From: a virus
Lineage: Duplodnaviria > Heunggongvirae > Uroviricota > Caudoviricetes
Strand: one strand, 5' to 3'
DNA length: 27,924 bases
Virus record (IMG/VR): IMGVR_UViG_3300028361_000018
Shown: positions 23,731 to 27,924 of the stretch, piece after piece
Position numbering within the stretch: position 1 is the stretch's first letter
Layout: each line of letters begins with the position of its first letter
Made by a program: the position numbers and the translations under genes
Notes under the pieces: generated by a model
What the model was told of the DNA's origin: nothing
The model's input: only the letters and a program-made list of their open reading frames with translations
Database searches by the model: none

Positions 23731-24018
23731 TTATAAACGACCTATTTTCCTAGAGCTGCTAGCAGACATATTCCATACCTGCTTGCGCTCGACTCCCTTC
23801 TTCTGTGCGAATCGTTTAACGTCACAATTGCTGCATACATGAAAATAGTTGTTGTTTAGTCGATTAGGATTCATGCTTCCCCTCGGCCTTGAAAACTCAG
23901 TCCCACAGTTATCACAGCGAAGTTTGACCACTGTAAGGTCGCGGAAGTACTCGTGCTCTATGCCCGACTTTGATTTTCGTTTATACCTTCTTCTTACGTT
24001 TGATTCGCCTAAATACAT
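23731..24018 (-). CDS. basic Zn-finger protein, 95 aa
   Basis: CDNC...CSNC; Lys/Arg-rich; own late-type promoter. Confidence 0.8.
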   Translation of the reverse strand: MYLGESNVRRRYKRKSKSGIEHEYFRDLTVVKLRCDNCGTEFSRPRGSMNPNRLNNNYFHVCSNCDVKRFAQKKGVERKQVWNMSASSSRKIGRL

Positions 24019-24023
24019 AACTA

Positions 24024-24029
24024 TATTTA
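24024..24029 (-). promoter_or_regulatory. late-type promoter core TAAATA, 5 nt before ATG 24018 (minus strand)
   Basis: - strand reads GTAAATA-TAGTT-ATG. Confidence 0.6.
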
Positions 24030-24053
24030 CATTAAGATTATAAAATTAACAAC

Positions 24054-24059
24054 TAAATA
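24054..24059 (+). promoter_or_regulatory. late-type promoter core TAAATA upstream of iscA-like and structural genes
   Basis: CTAAATAC followed by an AAGGA RBS and ATG 24079. Confidence 0.55.
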
Positions 24060-24078
24060 CACTAACAAAAGGATAAAC

Positions 24079-24468
24079 ATGAATATCTGTAGCCTAACTG
24101 AACAAGCAAATAAACAAGTTACGCAAATCTGCCAAGAACATGAGGTTTACGCAGTGAGCCTGAACCTCAAAGGTGGCGGGTGTGCTGGATTTGAATACGA
24201 ATGGAACACAGTGGACACAATAGAAGACGTTGAGCCAGGCTCGTACACGTTAAAAGCCTTAGGTGGCAATCTAGTCATCGGTCCAGCTAGTCTCATGTTT
24301 TTAGCAGGCACCGCAATTGATTACAAAAGGTCTATTGTTGGGTCGAATTTCGAAATAACAAACCCTAACGCAAAATCATCATGCGGTTGCGGAGTCTCAG
24401 TAGAATTTGATATGAATAGTCTATCCACACAAGAAGAAATTGACCAGCTGACTAGTTCAGCAATATAA
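24079..24468 (+). CDS. iscA: A-type Fe-S carrier (IscA/HesB/ErpA family)
   Basis: GGGCAGFEY, GTAIDY, NPNAKSSCGCGVS. Confidence 0.9.
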   Translation: MNICSLTEQANKQVTQICQEHEVYAVSLNLKGGGCAGFEYEWNTVDTIEDVEPGSYTLKALGGNLVIGPASLMFLAGTAIDYKRSIVGSNFEITNPNAKSSCGCGVSVEFDMNSLSTQEEIDQLTSSAI

Positions 24469-24482
24469 CGGAGTATTGAAGA

Positions 24483-27400
24483 ATGGCAAGACAAGGCGTT
24501 GACATTGGTGTAGAAGGCAACGACGGAACAGGCGACAGTATTCGTGAATCGTTTCGCAAGGTAAACGAAAACTTTCAAGAACTGTACGCAGTGTTTGGAA
24601 TTGGTGGCCAGATATCGTTCACTGATCTAAGCGATACACCCGACAGCTATCTCGATAACGAAAATAAGATCCCTGCGGTGCGCCCTGATGGTTCTGGACT
24701 TAGTTTTCTCGAACTTGTGTCAGACGGGTACGACGGCGAAGCTGTTAATACCATTGGATTCGACTTTAGTGTTGACGGCAAGGTTATAGTTAGGCAGCTG
24801 GTCTCAAGAGTTTCAAATGATCCAGAGCCAAGTCTAAGTGGACCACTAAATGCCGCAACACAACCTATTGCAGGCGTTACTGTATCTCAAGCAGCAATTG
24901 ATACATTTAACTCGGTTTATAATACTGACTATACAGTTGGTGATCTGGTTATTAATAAATCCTTTGCAGACAGAAATTACCAGACTAAAACAGTGCCTGG
25001 AGGTGGCGTAAGACTACCTGACGAACCAGACACTATATCACAATATACTCTTACTGCATCTGGGCTAGATCAAGGAAGTTTAGTAATTGTTGATCACGGA
25101 CTTTCAGATGCGTTTAACGGTGCCGGATTTGTGTTTAATTCAACTGAAACAGATCCTAACAACGTTACGTCTGGCGGTGATGTATACATTAGAATTAAGA
25201 ATAAGGATACAATTTCTCTCTATGGATCACAACAAGCTGCACTAGACGGTTCCGGCAGAATATTGTTGGCTGGTGGCACCGGCGTATTTACTATTACAGA
25301 TGCTGCTCTAGATCTTGCCCTCGAAGGAAATTGGCTGGACAACATAGCATTACCACGCAAGTCAATTGTACGAAGACAAGGCGACACTATGGAAGGTATT
25401 TTAAACCTTTCAGACCATCCTGGTGATCTAGCAGGGACCGGCCTTCCAAACGGCCTTGATGATCTTCAAGCAGCTACTAAGTTATATGTGGACAATGCAT
25501 CTGCTGCAAGCACTGTAAACTTGTATGTAACCACAGTAGGTGATGACTCACAAAAAAATACTCCAGATGGCAAACAAGGACGCAGCCCAGCATACGCATA
25601 CAAAACTGTTAACGCCGCAGCAGAAAAAGCAGAAGAAATTATACAAGCAGCGCCATTTGAACCTGGACCATACGTACAAACAGTTACTTATAACTCAGGA
25701 GCTACAGATGGAATAGTAGTTTCGCAAGGTATAACTCCTACAATAGTTAACAGAATAAACGCAAGACAGCTGATTACGCTGAATAAAGAGTTTGTTAGTA
25801 AAGAAGTAACTGCATACATAGACGCAACATATCCTGAATTTGCAGGAAGATATAATACATCTACGTGCGAAAGAGACGTAGAATATATTCTAGATTCAGT
25901 TTCACTTGATGCGCTGCTGGGCAACAATGCCAACTACTTATCTCGTTGGGCTGGAATTAGATACTTTTCAAACGCTAGTGCAAGTGCTGCAATTGGTTCA
26001 CAAAGACTGTATACCCTAGCAGGAATAAACTATGCTAGGAATCTTGTAGTAAATTATATATTAACTAATACTGCGCCACCTGTGCAGTATCAAGACAGAG
26101 TTGATCAAGTAATTGATAATACTATCATACCAGATAGTGCAGCTGACGAAACCATCGATGCTAAGTTTAACGTATTGCTCGACGTGATTAACCAAGGCGT
26201 TTTAAACGCTCCTACAATTGTAGACGGATTAACTAATTACAAAATTAACATCTCTAACGGCAATTATGGATTTATTGACCAAGCCAACCCGTTAAATGCA
26301 GATATAATCCCCGGCAAGGTAATACGAGGTAAGTCCTCAGGCGCAGTTGGTCGCATTGTTGACTATAAAAACGAGTCGGGTGACAGAGCAGTTAGCCTAG
26401 CAGAAACAGATGAAGTTGAAGTGCAACTACTGGAACCTATAGAATTTCAAGACAGTGAAACTTTAGAATTTGGAAACATTGTACGCGAAACACAAGTTTC
26501 AATAAGGGTAGAAACTGGTATCTACGAAGAAGATTATCCAATCAGGGTATCTGCTAACGTGTCTATTAAAGGTGACGAGTTTAGACGAGTAATAATTCGC
26601 CCTAAGAAACGAGTTTCACAATCACGCTGGGCTAACTTATATTTCTATAGAGATGCACAGTTTGACGGCCTGGTACTTGGTCGCAGTATAATTGAATCAG
26701 TTAGTGTCACGAACCCGGATGATTCTAACAGGGCTGGCGGAGTCTGGCGAATCGATAACTCCGATTGGACTTCAAACAATCTAGGTAAAGACGCTGTGTT
26801 TGAAGTAGACGTTAATACATCCGGCACAGTAATTGGCGTTACTATACTAAACCCTGGCGTAGACTTTGTTAAAAACGAATTAATCACAATACCAGACAGT
26901 GCATTAGGCGGTAGTGGGGCTGCTCCGGTTATTCTGTCGGTATCTAGAATCCCAAACGGGGTCGAGTATGTAAATTCACTAACTGGTGAAGTAGACGGTT
27001 ACTTTGGCTATCACTACCTAGAAAAACCAAATCAACAGAAACAAATTGGGGCTGGTTACACAAACGTAGGATCGTGGAACACTTCAGCACTGGCGTTAGT
27101 TGACAACAAAGAATTTATACAGGAACAAGTAGCTGAATACCTAGACGATCAGTTTTCTATCTTTAATAACACCGCTGACAAAGTTGCATACTTTAATGGC
27201 GTTGGTAAAATTGTCGATGCATTGATTAAGGATGTGCGGCTGGGCAGCAACGAGTTCTCACTAGAAGCGCAGGGAGAGTACTATGTTGGGCAATCTCCAA
27301 ACGGAACTGTTGAAGGAATACAGTATATTGCAACTATAGCTAACAAGATAATTAGAGGTCAGGGGCCAGATACCATATACGGCCTAGATAATCAGTATGC

Positions 27401-27924
27401 AATAGACACATTTAACGGCGATACTATTCCAGATATGTGGAGTAGCGGCATTAGATATAGAGCAAGAACTGTTGTATCTAATACAGTATCAGGAACAACT
27501 CGGTTTTACACTACAACTATCGAACATCTTTCCGGAGATGAGTTCAATCAAACTGAAGAAAATAATTTTTGGAGGGAAATTGATGGACCTGAGCTAGTAA
27601 TTAGTAATCTAATCAACACGATTGCATTTGCATTCGAACCTGAGTATAGTCCACCTCTTCGTAACAACGAAATGGACGTGTTCCTCATGGACAATGCCAC
27701 TATCATTCGTAATGTAACAGTGCAAGGTCACGGTGGATTCATGCTAGCACTAGACCCAGAAGGGCAAGTTCTAACTAAATCACCATATATTCAAACCGGT
27801 TCAAGCTTTTCAAAAAGCCTTAATAAACAGTCGTTCCGAGGCGGAATGTTTGTTGACGCGTTCGTAGGTAACACCGCAGTTCAAGTATCTGATAGGGTTG
27901 ACGGATCAGCGTTTAGGCTTAAGA
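24483..27924 (+). CDS. giant virion structural protein (baseplate/tail-associated), partial, >1147 aa
   Basis: Missing from the track because it runs off the window; GGAG RBS; MARQGVDIGVEGNDGTGDSIRESFRKVNENFQELY resembles the T4 gp9/gp10 N-terminal motif; frame spot-checked open at start, ~25.5 kb and end. Confidence 0.85.
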   Translation, partial: MARQGVDIGVEGNDGTGDSIRESFRKVNENFQELYAVFGIGGQISFTDLSDTPDSYLDNENKIPAVRPDGSGLSFLELVSDGYDGEAVNTIGFDFSVDGKVIVRQLVSRVSNDPEPSLSGPLNAATQPIAGVTVSQAAIDTFNSVYNTDYTVGDLVINKSFADRNYQTKTVPGGGVRLPDEPDTISQYTLTASGLDQGSLVIVDHGLSDAFNGAGFVFNSTETDPNNVTSGGDVYIRIKNKDTISLYGSQQAALDGSGRILLAGGTGVFTITDAALDLALEGNWLDNIALPRKSIVRRQGDTMEGILNLSDHPGDLAGTGLPNGLDDLQAATKLYVDNASAASTVNLYVTTVGDDSQKNTPDGKQGRSPAYAYKTVNAAAEKAEEIIQAAPFEPGPYVQTVTYNSGATDGIVVSQGITPTIVNRINARQLITLNKEFVSKEVTAYIDATYPEFAGRYNTSTCERDVEYILDSVSLDALLGNNANYLSRWAGIRYFSNASASAAIGSQRLYTLAGINYARNLVVNYILTNTAPPVQYQDRVDQVIDNTIIPDSAADETIDAKFNVLLDVINQGVLNAPTIVDGLTNYKINISNGNYGFIDQANPLNADIIPGKVIRGKSSGAVGRIVDYKNESGDRAVSLAETDEVEVQLLEPIEFQDSETLEFGNIVRETQVSIRVETGIYEEDYPIRVSANVSIKGDEFRRVIIRPKKRVSQSRWANLYFYRDAQFDGLVLGRSIIESVSVTNPDDSNRAGGVWRIDNSDWTSNNLGKDAVFEVDVNTSGTVIGVTILNPGVDFVKNELITIPDSALGGSGAAPVILSVSRIPNGVEYVNSLTGEVDGYFGYHYLEKPNQQKQIGAGYTNVGSWNTSALALVDNKEFIQEQVAEYLDDQFSIFNNTADKVAYFNGVGKIVDALIKDVRLGSNEFSLEAQGEYYVGQSPNGTVEGIQYIATIANKIIRGQGPDTIYGLDNQYAIDTFNGDTIPDMWSSGIRYRARTVVSNTVSGTTRFYTTTIEHLSGDEFNQTEENNFWREIDGPELVISNLINTIAFAFEPEYSPPLRNNEMDVFLMDNATIIRNVTVQGHGGFMLALDPEGQVLTKSPYIQTGSSFSKSLNKQSFRGGMFVDAFVGNTAVQVSDRVDGSAFRLK

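Noticed and set aside
2822-26887. Numerous short minus-strand and nested plus-strand ORFs in the track (e.g. 2822-3010, 5559-5789, 7088-7663, 16972-17508, 18527-18904, 20642-20914, 21473-21766, 25688-25933, 26645-26887)
   Set aside because: Shadow frames of well-supported genes; no motifs or RBS
1-27924. Stop-codon reassignment (alternative genetic code)
   Set aside because: Long conserved genes are intact in the standard code, and TAG, TGA and TAA all end genes at sensible junctions; no suppressor tRNA seen
1-27924. Prophage or bacterial chromosome context; IS/integrase elements
   Set aside because: No integrase, transposase, terminal repeats or host housekeeping operons; gene content and late promoters fit a lytic T4-like/jumbo phage

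Overview
A 27.9 kb, almost entirely + strand segment of a large T4-like/jumbo tailed dsDNA phage, apparently in the standard genetic code. The left two-thirds is an early/middle region driven by about ten near-consensus sigma70 promoters (TTGACA-16/17-TAtAaT). It holds many small hypothetical ORFs and a dense RNA-repair/translation set: two different RNA ligases, a PNK-like kinase, a metallophosphoesterase, a Pth2-like protein and an L7/L12-CTD protein. It also has dCMP deaminase, DNA ligase, a two-subunit type II topoisomerase and an antisense GIY-YIG/NUMOD3 homing endonuclease. The right third has a QueD-like gene, Fpr, UvsE and IscA/HesB genes, a tandem array of five small paralogues, T4-type late promoter cores (TAAATA) and the first ~1147 codons of a giant virion structural protein that runs off the window. 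The most unusual part is non-coding. Two structurally aberrant tRNA-like genes (a D-armless Arg-CCU and a Cys with a 9-nt anticodon loop) flank a ~350-nt highly base-paired RNA. Two more structured intergenic RNAs lie at ~1.9 kb and ~4.5-4.9 kb. All family calls come from motif recognition by eye; no searches or folding programs were run.
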